The translations under genes and the position numbers were made by a program. Shown here in pieces: positions 20,515-32,692 of a DNA stretch of 64,000 nucleotides. The stretch lies in assembly GCA_043228905.1 (NCBI GenBank), contig JBHGNT010000021.1, forward strand, positions 11,098,001-11,162,000, given 5' to 3'. Under the pieces are notes generated by a model. It was not told the DNA's origin, searched no databases, and saw only the letters and a list, made by a program, of their open reading frames with translations. Each line of letters opens with the position of its first letter. Within the stretch, counting starts at the first letter, position 1. The stretch is from Azolla caroliniana. Lineage: Eukaryota; Plantae; Polypodiophyta.

Positions 20515-20923
20515 TGAAAAGCAATCGTCCCAACTAGTCTGTTTCTGCAATGCAACAATGCGACGAAACCTGTTATATCTTCTTTGGGAATCGATCCTGA
20601 TATTCTCCCATTGGCTCATTTTTGCGACTTCACACCCAGAATCGGTCACTTACTGGGAGGACGATCACTCGCCCATCCCGAAGGAGATCTAAGTACCTTT
20701 CCGCACGAGCCACGATCTGGGCCCATGCTGCTACATCCTAAGTATCTAGGCGGAAAAAAGGCTTTTTCTTCATCAATACTACTATTCCGAAGAAAAGATT
20801 TACTCGCAAGAGAGGCATGAGCTTGCTTGTTAGATCGTGAGAAAATTCTATGCAAGGAGAGATAATTGATTGATAACCCCCTTGGGAATGATTGATGTAG
20901 GCGAGGAGGGAATCAAATCCCAT

Positions 20924-22520
20924 ATAATCTGTTGGTAAAATGCACTATTCAAGCAACTTTTAGTATTATTGCTACCATTTAGCTAATATCCTACTTGGGT
21001 AGAGCACCAGTACCCTTCTGCACGAAAAAATACAAAAACAAATTTATTAAAAAGACATGGAATTTCAGAAAATAGAATAAACTAACATATTCTGGTGGAT
21101 TTTCAAACAATGACCTACTTCTTTTTTCGATCCCTCCAGATCAAATCAGCCTACAAGATTCAAGAGGATTAGTAAAGTCAACGATAGTAGTCTTGTCAAG
21201 ACAAAAGTATCTAATTACTATTTTGGTAATTGTTTGACTAATGGAAAGCAGAGATTATGCTTTGCATCGCTGCCAGGTTCGTCAATTCTTGAAGAATAAA
21301 TGGAAAATTCTTTAGAGAACGAAAACTACAGTATTCCGGTATCTCCTTCTACCCCACACCAAGATTGGATTTTTGAGGATTTAGCAAGAGTTGAGCCTTT
21401 AGATAAAGAATTAAAGGACCAAATCGATTTGTTAGATGCTCGGTCTACCTTTTGGAATGCAATGGAGAAAGAAGCTAGATTGACTATTGTGGAGAGTAGT
21501 ACGAGACTACCCAACGGTTATGATCCTTTCTTGGCTAAGCTCTCTCGTATAACAATCGGAACTCCACAGACTTTTATGGTTGTGGATAAGTTGAATCCCG
21601 TGACCCAGAAAAAGACAGAATCATTAGATGGGGTAGATTCCATAGTAACTATAGAGAGCGATATGAAAACGGACGAGCGGTTTGAGGATTGGATCTCGGG
21701 CAAATACTCACAATCAAAATATAGGAAGAAATTCGCCCTTCCGTGGGAAGAGCTACCAAAAAGAACTGAGTGTTTGTTTCGTTTCATGGCCAATGGACGA
21801 TTCTTATCACAATCTAATATACCAGACATCGTCAACGAAATAGAAACTTCACCCAGAATTGATGTCATTTGGGAAGACATTTGATTTAGATGTTGCAGAA
21901 CGAGACCTCTTTTTTATATACCTCCACGAAAATTATCATAGCTTTAATCAAATAAATGTATCAAATATTCTTTCAATTAATCGAGAGAGATACTTTCGAG
22001 ATCTGAGATACGAGGTCGGTTCCATCCACGAGATCAAGGATCTAGAAAAAGTGTTCCTTCATTATACTAAAGCAATATTCGAAAGTAAGTATGACCTTCC
22101 GAGGATGGAAAGTGACGTTCGTTATAGATAATTGAGAAATCTGGGAATTAATGTTGGGAAGACGAAATGCAAAACAACAAAGATAGTGAAACGATTTGCA
22201 AGAGTACCCGATTTCCGTCGTAGAATTGTAAAGGAATCCTTGTTGTCGAAAAGGCGTAAGATACCGCTTTGGAGGTTTTTCAAGGATAAAGTACACTCAC
22301 CTTTTTTCTTAAGATTTATGGAAGTGCCTAACCTACCCAAGCTACCTGCACGGGTAAATTCGTTTAGTTTAGATTCTGAGAAGGCTTTCATCAATCTGGA
22401 AAGAACAACAACCCATGAGAGTAAACAAAAGTCAAGAAAATTTTCAAATACAAAAGCATTAATGGAATCCCAAAACAATGCTCGTTCAATGATTGCTACC
22501 AAAATGGATATAGGCCCTAT
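20924..22520 (+). pseudogene. ycf1: ycf1 (TIC214) fragment (NUPT)
   Basis: YLGRAPVPFCTKK, FFDPSRSNQPTRF, VSNYYFGNCLTNGKQR, RLPNGYDPFL, DFRRRIVKESLLSKRRK and VHSPFFLR match recalled ycf1 blocks. Confidence 0.88.
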
Positions 22521-23259
22521 TCCTATATTTCTTTTCAGATGTTTTTGTATCATCCTTTCCTACAACTTTCACTTTACCTATACGTCGTTTTTATTATCCC
22601 TCCACAAAGTAGTAGTATCTCTAGATAAGGATTATGGTCTCTACTCAAATCTTGAATTGATGGTGTGATGGACCTATTCGAGAAGCAACAAGAAAAAGAG
22701 AATAACAAAATGTTTTTGAAATTGAATGGTATTTGGGAAATTAGCTTTATATGTGAAGCTTGCTTGGGACTATGCATGGTTGGCTCTAGGCCATCCCATC
22801 TATCCTTACCCAGGAATTAATGCTTCAAAGGGGTCTTTTGAAATGTTCAATGTAGTGCTTTTGGAATAGTGTTTGATCCTGGACATACACAAGTGCACCA
22901 ACAAACACATATCACTCTCTGGTTGATTTGGTGGCTTGTTTCTGGAGCGGTATTTTCGCCTCTATCCCTTATCCTCTCCCCTATACAAACAACAAACTCG
23001 ATCGGGCCGTTGGGATGCAACAGAGTGCTTGGCAGTAATAGTGATAAAAAAATAAAAAAATAAGTCTATGTGTATCAATCTATAACGCAAAGTGTAGAAG
23101 GAGATTTGCTAGTATATTGATTCTTTTTTTATTCCGTTGTTTTTGTTTTTTAGTTTGGGAGACTACCACAATGAAGAGCGGTCATGGATCTTTTTCTAAT
23201 TCTAGGGACGTTATGATGAGTCGCTGCAAGCACCACGGCTTGGAATTTGCAACTCTAAT

Positions 23260-25934
23260 AGGAGTTGAGCAATTGTCTGACAGAAAGACATGTTGGTGGC
23301 CGACTACACGGCCCGGATCAAAGACATCCACGGCTTACTTGCCTCCATCAACGTGACCATTGAGGAAGATGAGATGGTGCAGGCTTGTCTCGGGGGCCTG
23401 GTGTCAAAGTTTGGAGCAATCCGAACGACGGTTTGTACAAGGGAGAATATACCCTCATTGTTTGACTTACAATCGATGCTCCTTGTAGAGGAGAACCATG
23501 CGGGCGTCGATGAGTACGCACACCGACAACAAAATGTTGTACACGGAGGTGGAGAGGCCCTATGATTGTGGTGGTCGAGGCTGATCGGCATGCAATGGCG
23601 GCAGTTGACAAGGGAAGAATCGGAGCCACAAAGATGGTGCCAACAGCAATTCCGGACCCTCCGAAAACAGGGAAGTCAAAGTGGCACCGGAAATCGGTAA
23701 GGAAAAGCCGACACTGAATGTTGGTATTGTGGCCGGAAGGGCCACAATGAAACTGAGTGCTAGAAGAAAAGAGCCGATTGGAACAAAGCCAAATCGAGCC
23801 GGAAAGATGTAGATAGGTGTCACCTATCGCACTACGTTGGAAGCTCGGGGAGAGCCGGGTTGGGGCTGACCCTTGTAATGAAGAATAGGCCAATAGAAGC
23901 ATCAAACCACATGAAAAACCACAAGGAGTGGTTCTCTTTTCTCGAGAAGCTGGAGAAGCCGAGTGTAGTCGAAACCAAAGACGACACCCCACATACCATC
24001 GAGCACATTGGAGATGTACTACTGAGCCATGTCAGCCAGAAAGGGGTCATGAGGAATGTTCTGCATATTCCGATGATCACCAAGAACTTGGTGTTGGTCG
24101 GCCAGATCATAGATCAAGGAATGCAAGTCCTATTTACTCATCGTGGTTGCTTCATCAAGGAGGAATGCCGGATCATTGCGCCCCGAAACCAATGATGTTG
24201 GCACCGCTATGTTTGTGAAAGGGCGAAGGTCGAGTCCGACATCGACCTGTGGCATACACGAATAGGCTACATCAACTTCCGAAAGCTTCAAGAGATGCAG
24301 TCAAAACATGTTGTTTTCGGACAGTCAAAGTTTAGTGGCCGGAAAGGCAAATATGTGAAGCTTGCCAGCTCCGGAAGTAGCATAGGCCTCCATTCCCCAA
24401 TGACAAGAATTGGAGCCGGAATTGGCTCCATCTCATCCATTCGGACGTGTGGGGACCGGCTCAAAATGTGAGCATCGACGAGGGTCGATATTTCGTCTCC
24501 TTCATCGATGATTTCAACCGACACACCTGGATCAACTTAATCGAGAAGAAGAGCGAAGTCTTGTCGTGCTTCTGGGACTTAAAGAATCATGTTGAACGAG
24601 AAACCAGAAGGAAGATCAAGTGTCTAAGATCAAATGGCGGAAAAAGAGTACTTTTCCGGCCAATTCACTACTTATTTGCAGACCACGGGAATCCGACGAG
24701 AGTTCTCCTGCATGTACACGCCGGAGCATAATGGTGTGGCCGAACGTCAGAATCGGATGTTGCTAGAAGTGGCAAGGGCAATGCTAGAAGAGAAGTGCAT
24801 GCCCCGGATTTATTGGGCCGAAGCAATTCAAACTGTTGTCTACATATAGAATCGAATATCTGCCTCAGGGACAAAGGTGTTGCCACATGAACTGTATTTC
24901 GAGTGGAAGCCGAATTTGGTGCACCTTCGGGTATTCAACAACATTGCCTATGTGCATGTGCCGGATGAGAAGCAGAAGAAGTTGGATGCAAAATCCGAGA
25001 AGTGCATTCTAGTGGGCTACTCTGATGAACAGAAGGGGTACAAGTGATACAACCCCCATTCGAAGCAAGTCTGAGTTAGCCGTGATGTCGTCTTCGAAGA
25101 ATCGGCATCTTGGTACTTCTCATCACCCAACCCGAACCGATTGTTGTGGACAATGCAACCGATCCTGAAATAGAAGGAAGCATAGAGGAATTTGAACCGG
25201 ATTGTCCGACCTCTCTCCGGATCAGTGGACTGACTTCGGACTGGTTGAGCCGAAGCGGTCAATCGGATGACTCAGTCGATGAGTAGCGAAGACTCAGTCG
25301 TGCTCTCCTCACACAAGGAACCAAGGAGACAGTTCACACGCAAAGAGAAAGGGAAGAAGAAGATGCTGGAGTACAACATGGATAGGTAAGAGATGGATTG
25401 GAGCGAATCTGACTCCTGAAAGAATAAAGATGGATCTTCAGAAGAGAAGTCTGACTCGGCCAAGAGGGCCACGAAATCAGCGAACCAAAATTTGCACCGA
25501 TCCACTCGCCAAAATCACCCCGTAGTTCAAGACGAATATAACGAGTATATGGCGCATCATTATGCGTACATGGTGAAGGTGACAACCGTGCGTGAACTGT
25601 AGTGCTATGCAGAAGCAGCTAAGGATCCGAATTGGCAGAAGGCCATGGAGGAAGAGATGCACACGCTCATGGAAAATGAGGCATGGGACTTAGTGGACGT
25701 ACCGAAAGGAGTGAAGCCGATGGAGTGTTGGTGGGTGTTTAAAGTCAAATACAATGTTGACGGCTCTGTTAATCAGTACAAGGCCCGACTGGTGGGAAAA
25801 GGCTACGTGTAGTAGCACGGAATCGATTATGACAAGACCTTCGTGCCAATTGCGCAGATGACAACAGTCCGTGTGTTGCTTGCGATGGCAATGGCGAAGG
25901 GGTGGCATCTACATCAGATGGATGTGAAAAACGT
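23260..25934 (+). mobile_element. Degenerate Copia of the same family as 10099-19114 (Gag to RT N-terminus), truncated by a Gypsy insertion
   Basis: EDEMVQACLGG, VWGPAQNVS, NGVAERQN and HQMDVKN motifs with many stops. Confidence 0.9.
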
Positions 25935-28900
25935 TGTCGTGAAGATTTTCGGCAACGGTATGAAAATTGTATGCTACGTACAAAATCAAGTGTGGTTCTT
26001 CACACACAAATAAAATAATAGTGAAAAGATACTATTTTATATTAGTTTAATATCTTGGTACAAAAAGATGGATGTCTTCAAGAGCTTCTGAATGCATTTT
26101 ACTATATATGAAACAGACAACTAAGTGTCAAGTTATGTGAGTGTGAAGTTTGAGAAGAAGAAGAAGAGGAAAGCAAAACTGTGAGATATCCCACATAAAC
26201 AGGACAAATCAGGATCCTAGAGTATATAAGCAGACCCATATCTCTTTATATTATGTTTAAGTGTTCAGAGCACAAAAAGGTTGGGTTGTATAACTTTGAT
26301 GAATGGATGTGGCTAAGTTCTTCAAATTGGTTTTTGGACGGCACTGGATCGGACAGACGGACGAAACCGGGTGGCACCGAACTAGGCGGATAGAACCGGA
26401 TTGGTCGGGAAACACGGGTCGGACGTAGATCAAACGCGAACGGACCGGTCGAATAGGTTGATCGCGACGCACAGTGTCGTGAAATTTTTTGGTGTGAAAC
26501 AGACAAAACCGTCTATAGGTTCCATCGGTTCATTGGAGGTCGCGGAAGGTGTAATATGCAGTTAAACATTTGTAAATACAAGACTAAAGCCTTCTCAAAT
26601 TTTGTGCTTATGAGGTGTGTAAGTAAGAATTTGAACTTTGCACCTCCTAGATAAGAGTCAAAAGACTTACCACTAAGCCAAGTCATGTAAAATCTCATAC
26701 ATGCGGGTTTGGATGAGTGACATGGTCATCATGCATCACATGTGATACATGAATGCCAAATAGCAAACATGCATCGCATGCATTCCATGCGTTGTATGCA
26801 TGTCTTGTACCTTCACGTGCATCATATGCATGAGGGCATCTATAAAAGAGTGGAGGAATCAAGCAAGTAGGAACTAATGAAGAAATTGGGAAGAAATTAA
26901 TAATAATAAATCATATTATCCTAATGGTGATGTATCTTGTCTCTCAAATCTAAAGTCAAGCGTTTAATCTTTATCTCAATCTCTCTCTCTCCATATCAAT
27001 CTCACTCAATCTATCTTAAATACTTTCTCGCTAAAGCTAGTACAAACTTCGAATCCTTTTGGTCCAGGACCCCAGCGGTTCCACCTCACGATCCGCACAT
27101 AGTGACAAAAGTTCACAACATAATAAAGTGGTGAACCCGACGTGAAAGAGGCAGTAGGAAGGATCAAGTCGAGGATCGGCCGATACTTGGAGATGGCATC
27201 CTTAATCAATCAAGTGGGACAGTTCAAAAGGATGACGTTAATCATCGAACAAATGATGAGATCTCGAGACAACGATGGGAGCGTGGAGAAGGTTGTTGAC
27301 TGTGTCGTGGAGCTCGAGGGTCAATTTGACGGAAGGAACATTACGAAGTTCCTTGATGCATACAAAAGGGAGATGAATTAGAGGAACGTGTCTGAAGTGC
27401 GTCAAATCACAAGTTTCAAGAGAGTGGTCACCCACAACATCCAAAGGCGTATAATCGAGATTCAAGAAGGCAAGACAACATGGTCCGAGTTCAAGAGAGC
27501 AATATTAGTGGAGTTCACGACGGAAGATTTGTCGACGATGACTCAACATGCCTTGATGAAGTGGATAAAGAAGAAAAATAAGAAGATGAGCGCCTCGAGG
27601 GTGTACGATGAGTTCGACCAGATGTTTGGTCGTCTCCCCGCCACGGACCAGACTTTGTACCTCTTGAAAGTTGTGGATATGAAGGATAGACGAGAATCGG
27701 GGACTCTCCTCGAAGATGATACCCAAGCGAACGGGCTTGTGGCAGACTGGATTGCGGTGAAGCGAGCATGCAACAAGCTCGACAAGCGTCATCAATGGGT
27801 TGATGACACCGATTGAATGTAGTTGAGCCGCCCAAACAAAGTAACCCGACATCATCAAAGAACTGCCCAAGAAGTTCGAGATGGTCACGCTGGCGAACAT
27901 GAATCGTCGGGGGCCCAAAGGAAAACAACCCTTTAGATGCGTGTAGTGCGATAGCAGGGACCACATGAGAAGGGATTGTGCGAGCCTTCGAGACGCCATT
28001 CAACAAAATATCATATACATGAATGACAACATGATCTGCTCAAGTGAGACTAGAAGACCGCTGCGGGTGAATTTCGGAAGAGGGGCGATGAAGAAAGCTA
28101 TGGAAGATGCCGAGGCAACTCATGTGGATGCGATGCACTATGCTACATTGGCTGGAATAAGAGTCGAGAAAGACAAAACTGAAGCTGCTAGAGCGGGAGC
28201 AAAGTTTTGGTCTACCGTTTTCGAGTGTGAGAAGAAGGGAAAGGTCACTTCGAACGAGGTAGAGCTTGCGGACTGAAGTGTGCAAAGTATAACCGGATGG
28301 TCGGATCGAGTGGATGACAACACCATACTCGCGGAAGTGATGTGTGACAACCATAAGGTGTTCATGGATGAAAAGAGAAAAAGAATGGAAGGGCAAGACA
28401 ACCCATCAAAAAGACATGAAACAAGGAGCGCGAAAAAGAAAGAAGATGCAGAAATGAGTCAAGCTTTACAAACGGAGGAAGGAGACTCAAGCTGGAAAGG
28501 GGTGTCAATCAAACGAGTCGAAGAAATAGTTCGGCCCTTGAGGGTTGATGTCGAAGACCCCGCTTAGAAGACAAGAACTAAGGTCAGACATAGAGCAGAC
28601 GACAAATCGAAAGAAGATTCTCGAGAAACGTGTCCTTGATAGCCACGTGACCTTGTCCTTGAGGGAATTGCTCGGCATTACGAAGGAGTTCCATGATACG
28701 ATCGTGGACCTTGTAAAGAGAAAAAGGCAACAATCGGACGAGGAAGAAGAGAAGCCATTAAAAGCAAAAAAAAGCCATAACGATGGTAAGGGACGAAGTC
28801 GATGAAAATATGGTGGACAGCCACTATACTCGACCTCATTGGGCACGAGAAACAACGGAGACGCCGGTGAAGATCAAAGAGAAGAAAGAGATCGTGGTAG

Positions 28901-29200
28901 CCTTGATTGACCATGGCTCGGAGATCAACCTCATGTCAATCGAGTTCTACAAAAAAGGAAGTTGGCCAATTAATACAAACCACGGATGGAATATTTGAGC
29001 GGCAACAAAGTCCACAGAGGACTTGTATTGAGCTTGTTCAAATGTTAAAGTCACGATTGGGGATGTGAAGATGGATCAACACTTCTTCGTGCAAGAATTG
29101 CTTCGTATCCTATCATCCTAGGACAACAGTATATCACATCATTCCGGATGGAGACCAAGGTGTTTGATAATGGAGCAGCCTTCGCGTGATAATGGAGCCT
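25935..29200 (+). mobile_element. tRNA-Trp-primed Gypsy: 5' LTR (25935-27120), PBS (27129-27146), decayed gag and protease; no RT seen
   Basis: LTR starts TGTCGT after ACGT; PBS TGGTGAACCCGACGTGAA; FDGRNITKFL Gag; ALIDHGSEINLMS protease. Confidence 0.88.
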
Positions 29201-29894
29201 TGATCAAGGAAGAAGAGACCTCGCAACAAATGCGAAGTAATGATACGACCAATACGAAGGCCCAAGTTCGGTACAACAGTACCACGGGAGAAGGTGTGGA
29301 ACAAGCCACCTTCTCAACTTACAGAGGAATGATGGTCAAGAGAAGGGCCGAAGACTCAAGAGCAGGAAATGCACTTTGAGAGTGGATGAGAGTTTCGGAA
29401 CACATGTTGTGTCTGAAACATCAAGTGATGAAGAAGCAAGCATGAGAAAAGCTTTCTTGATCGAGGAAGACAATGGAATGGGTAATAGGCCCATGAGTCT
29501 GAAGAGATAGTCGTGGAGAATGACGTCGAGATGAAGAGGGTAGACGATGACCATGAAGAGACTTTCCCCACAATGGTTCTAGAGACTTGGGCATTAACCA
29601 ACGTAAGAGGGTGAAAGCATGCGAGTGGAAACAATTAGCTATGTCCTTGACATAGCTAATTAGCTATGCAAAAAGCTACCATTGATAAATAGCCATTTTT
29701 GCAAAAAGCTACCATTGATAAATTAGTTATGCAAAAATCTACCATTGAAAATAGTAGAGAGTTTTAATTATATAAACGTGCACCATAAATTATATACTGA
29801 ATTCCTAGGTCCATTATGCATGATCCTTTGCCACATCACGTGGGCCATCTCTGGTTGAGTATTCTCGCTTAGATTGCTACCACTGTTGCTAAAC

Positions 29895-30475
29895 CCTATT
29901 GAGTCCACTCCTCCATTGCCGCCATTCTACACTCAGTTACCGGCACTATGTGGTCCAAGTATCATCTACCATTGTTCGATCCGGCAGAGTTCACTCCTCC
30001 ATTGCCGCCATTCTACACTCAGTTGCTGCCATTGTTCAGTCCAAGCATCATCTGCCAAGTTCACTCCTCCATTGCCGCCACTCTACACTCAGTTTCCGCT
30101 ACTGTGAAGGTCGTATATTGCTGCCACTTTTCGATCCAACGGATTTAACTCCTTCTCACTGCCGCCATTCTACTCTCAGTTGTCGTCACTGTGTATTCCA
30201 AGCATCATCTGCCACTGTTCGATCTGACGGAGTTCACTCCTCCATTTCCATCATTCTACACTCAGTTGTCGCTATTATTCAGTCCTGGATTGTTGCCACT
30301 GTTCGATTAGATGGAGTTCACTCATCCATTGCCATCATTCTTCACTTAGTTGCCGCTACTGTTCGATCGTGTATTGCTGCCACTTTTCGATCCGAGGGAG
30401 TTCACTCCTTCTCCACTGCCACCATTGTACTCTTAGATGTCGTCACAGTGTGTTCCAAGCATCATCTACCACTTT
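29895..30475 (+). repeat. Degenerate minisatellite (about 60-90 bp units, core CACTCCTCCATTGCCGCCATTCTACACTCAGTT)
   Basis: The core recurs about 7 times. Confidence 0.85.
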
Positions 30476-30577
30476 TCTAGTTACAAATTTCTATCTCAAA
30501 GTGTTGTAAATTTGCACCAAATTCACATTAAAAATTTTGTTTTTGCACCAATTCTGATAATTGATTTTCTATTTCAG

Positions 30578-31902
30578 GTGGCTCCTTCCTCCCTCTCCTA
30601 GAGTGCTGAACTTCACAAAATTTTGCGAGACAAAGGAGGACTTTCACAACATATATGGTCTGTCACTCGAGGGTATTGACCCTGTTGTTCTAACAGATAG
30701 ATTGATTAGTGATGTAGACTAGATGTCAATATAGAAAGTGCCTAGAGTGAAAGGCAAGGTCAAGCTCAAGCATGTACAACCGGACCTGTACGACGGCTGC
30801 ATGATACTGCACTAGAAAGTACATCAAGAGATCCCGGTCAACAACGAGTTGTCTGTTTCATTTGCCAGAGCTTTTGCATATGAGTATTGCAAAACAACGA
30901 AGGAATCTCATGACCCTGAAATGTAAAGGGTAGCTTGGGCAATTTATGGTGAGGCATCGGTAGAAAGTTGTCGGAAGATGGGGAGCTTGCAACAAAAAAT
31001 GGCAAGATTTTGGAGCATGGCAGTTGATGATGCAACTGCCGACTCCCAACAAACCTGCAAGTATACGCCACACCAACACACAATGAAAGCCAATGTCGAT
31101 GATACAGGTGAGACATTGATTAGCTATATGCTAAAAAATGCCCATGAAGCCTGTGAGACATTAGAGTTTTTAAAGATTGATTTAGAGAAAGCAATATTGG
31201 CTGCTGCGATGGAGAGCAAAGTCACTTTGGCAGTTACAACAATCAAAAATAAGATTCAGGTAACTATTGCTTTGCTAGTATGTAATATGTTATAAATAAC
31301 TTGTACATGAAAATGTGCTACTGAGGCATTATCTGGAACAGGTTTCTCAACATGAGCTTGAAATTGAGGGGTCGCTGGATCCCCAACGGAAAATTCAACT
31401 GCAGACAGAGATCTAGGTTCTTTCAATGAACCTGGACCTTTTAGGTGTAAATACTATCGCAGATTACAATTTGGACAAGCTACAAGTAAGTTAATGATAA
31501 TTGTTTCTTGTTGTTGTATCTTCCTCATTAAGGAATAATTAATCGGTAAATTTCTCCGCTGCGTTGAAGGAACAATACTCCCATCAAGAACATGCAGTTA
31601 GTTGGCTTAAGAAGCTGCTACATTTTTCAGAGGGGATGGTACGGAGCAAACAAGAATTGGACCTGAACATTCTTGCTCCCTTACCAAATGAAGGAGAACC
31701 AGGAAACGATATATTGACTATTCAAGCACGTTGCATCGCATGTGGATTACGTGTAGTGGACAAATCTGCTACTCTGTTGGTTCACCTACAATCATGCCAA
31801 CACACATACCATATCGTTTGTTTTCAATATGCCTGTCGCATTGCTGCATTCTATTTGGGGGATTGTAGTACAGCTCTCCTAGTTGAGTGGAGAAAACACA
31901 CA
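30578..31902 (+). pseudogene. Multi-exon gene relic ending in a RING-H2-like finger
   Basis: Splice-like sites (TTTCAG|G near 30577, AG|GTGAG near 31108, AG|GTAAC near 31259, GTAAGT near 31486, AG|GTAAA near 31902); CIACG...CQHTYHIVC motif. Confidence 0.45.
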
Positions 31903-31984
31903 GGTAAAATTGTTGCTTGTGACCATAGTGTAGCTAATTACTTCCATCTTTGCAATTAGGTAAGCCGTATAATGTGTGGATAAC

Positions 31985-32645
31985 TATTTAGCTATTATGG
32001 TTGTACTGTAGTAGCTAATTAGCTAACATGTAGTTAATTAGCTAAGTGGTAGCTAATTAGCTACTACCATAGTTTAATTCAGTAGCTAATTAGCTACTAC
32101 CATAGTTTAGTATTGTAGCTAATTGGGTACTACCATACGTTAGCTGAGTAGCGAATTAGGTAAGTGATAGCTAATTAGCTACTACCATAGTTTACTAGAG
32201 TAGCTAATTAGCTACTACCATAGTTTACTACAATAGCTAATTAGCTACTACCATACGTTAGTTGAGTAGCTAATTAGCTAAGTGGTAACTAATTAGCTAA
32301 GCTAAGTGGTAGCTAATTAGCTAAGCTAAGTGGTAGCTAATTAGCTAAGCTAAGTGGTAGCTAATTAGCTAAGCTAAGTGGTAGCTAATTAGCTACTACC
32401 ATAGTTTAATACATTAGCTAATTAGCTAAATGGTAGCTAATTAGCTACTACCATAGTTTAGTACAATAGCTAATTAGCTAAGTGGTAGATAATTAGCTAC
32501 TACTATAGTATAGTACAATAGCTAATTAGCTACCACTTAGCTAATTAGCTACTACCATACTTTAACTAAGTAGCTAATTAGGTAAGTGGTAGCTAATTAG
32601 TAACTACCATAGTTTAGTACAATAGATAATTAGCTAAGTGGTAGC
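31985..32645. repeat. Array of the palindrome AGCTAATTAGCT with short spacers
   Basis: About 25 exact or near copies; related copies at 29634-29750. Confidence 0.92.
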
Positions 32646-32659
32646 GACCAAAAATGTAA

Positions 32660-32692
32660 TTTTTCACGTAGTGTGCGTATTACACTACGACA
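32660..32692 (-). repeat. Terminal remnant of a TGTCGT-type LTR (same type as 12375-15599)
   Basis: TTTTCACGTAGTGTGCGTATTACACTACGACA versus TTTTCACGTAGTGTACGAAATACACTACGACA; flanked by ACGT. Confidence 0.8.

Larger units (their letters stand above)
19745..22520. other. Nuclear plastid DNA insertion (NUPT), mosaic of petB 5' end/intron, psbH and ycf1
   Basis: Recognisable psbH, petB exon 1 and ycf1 motifs with stops and frameshifts. Boundaries approximate. Confidence 0.85.

Noticed and set aside
19745-22520. Functional plastid genes or plastid contamination
   Set aside because: The fragments carry stops and frameshifts, are rearranged, and are embedded among nuclear TEs.
29899-30480. 193-aa repetitive ORF as a protein-coding gene
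   Set aside because: It is a translation of the minisatellite, open in several frames.
31985-32645. CRISPR-like repeat/spacer array
   Set aside because: The spacers are short and themselves repetitive, there are no cas genes, and the context is eukaryotic.
32660-32673. CACTACGTGAAAA as a CACTA transposon TIR
   Set aside because: The same sequence is an internal part of the LTR terminal hairpin at 13200-13212 and 15568-15580, and no partner TIR was found.
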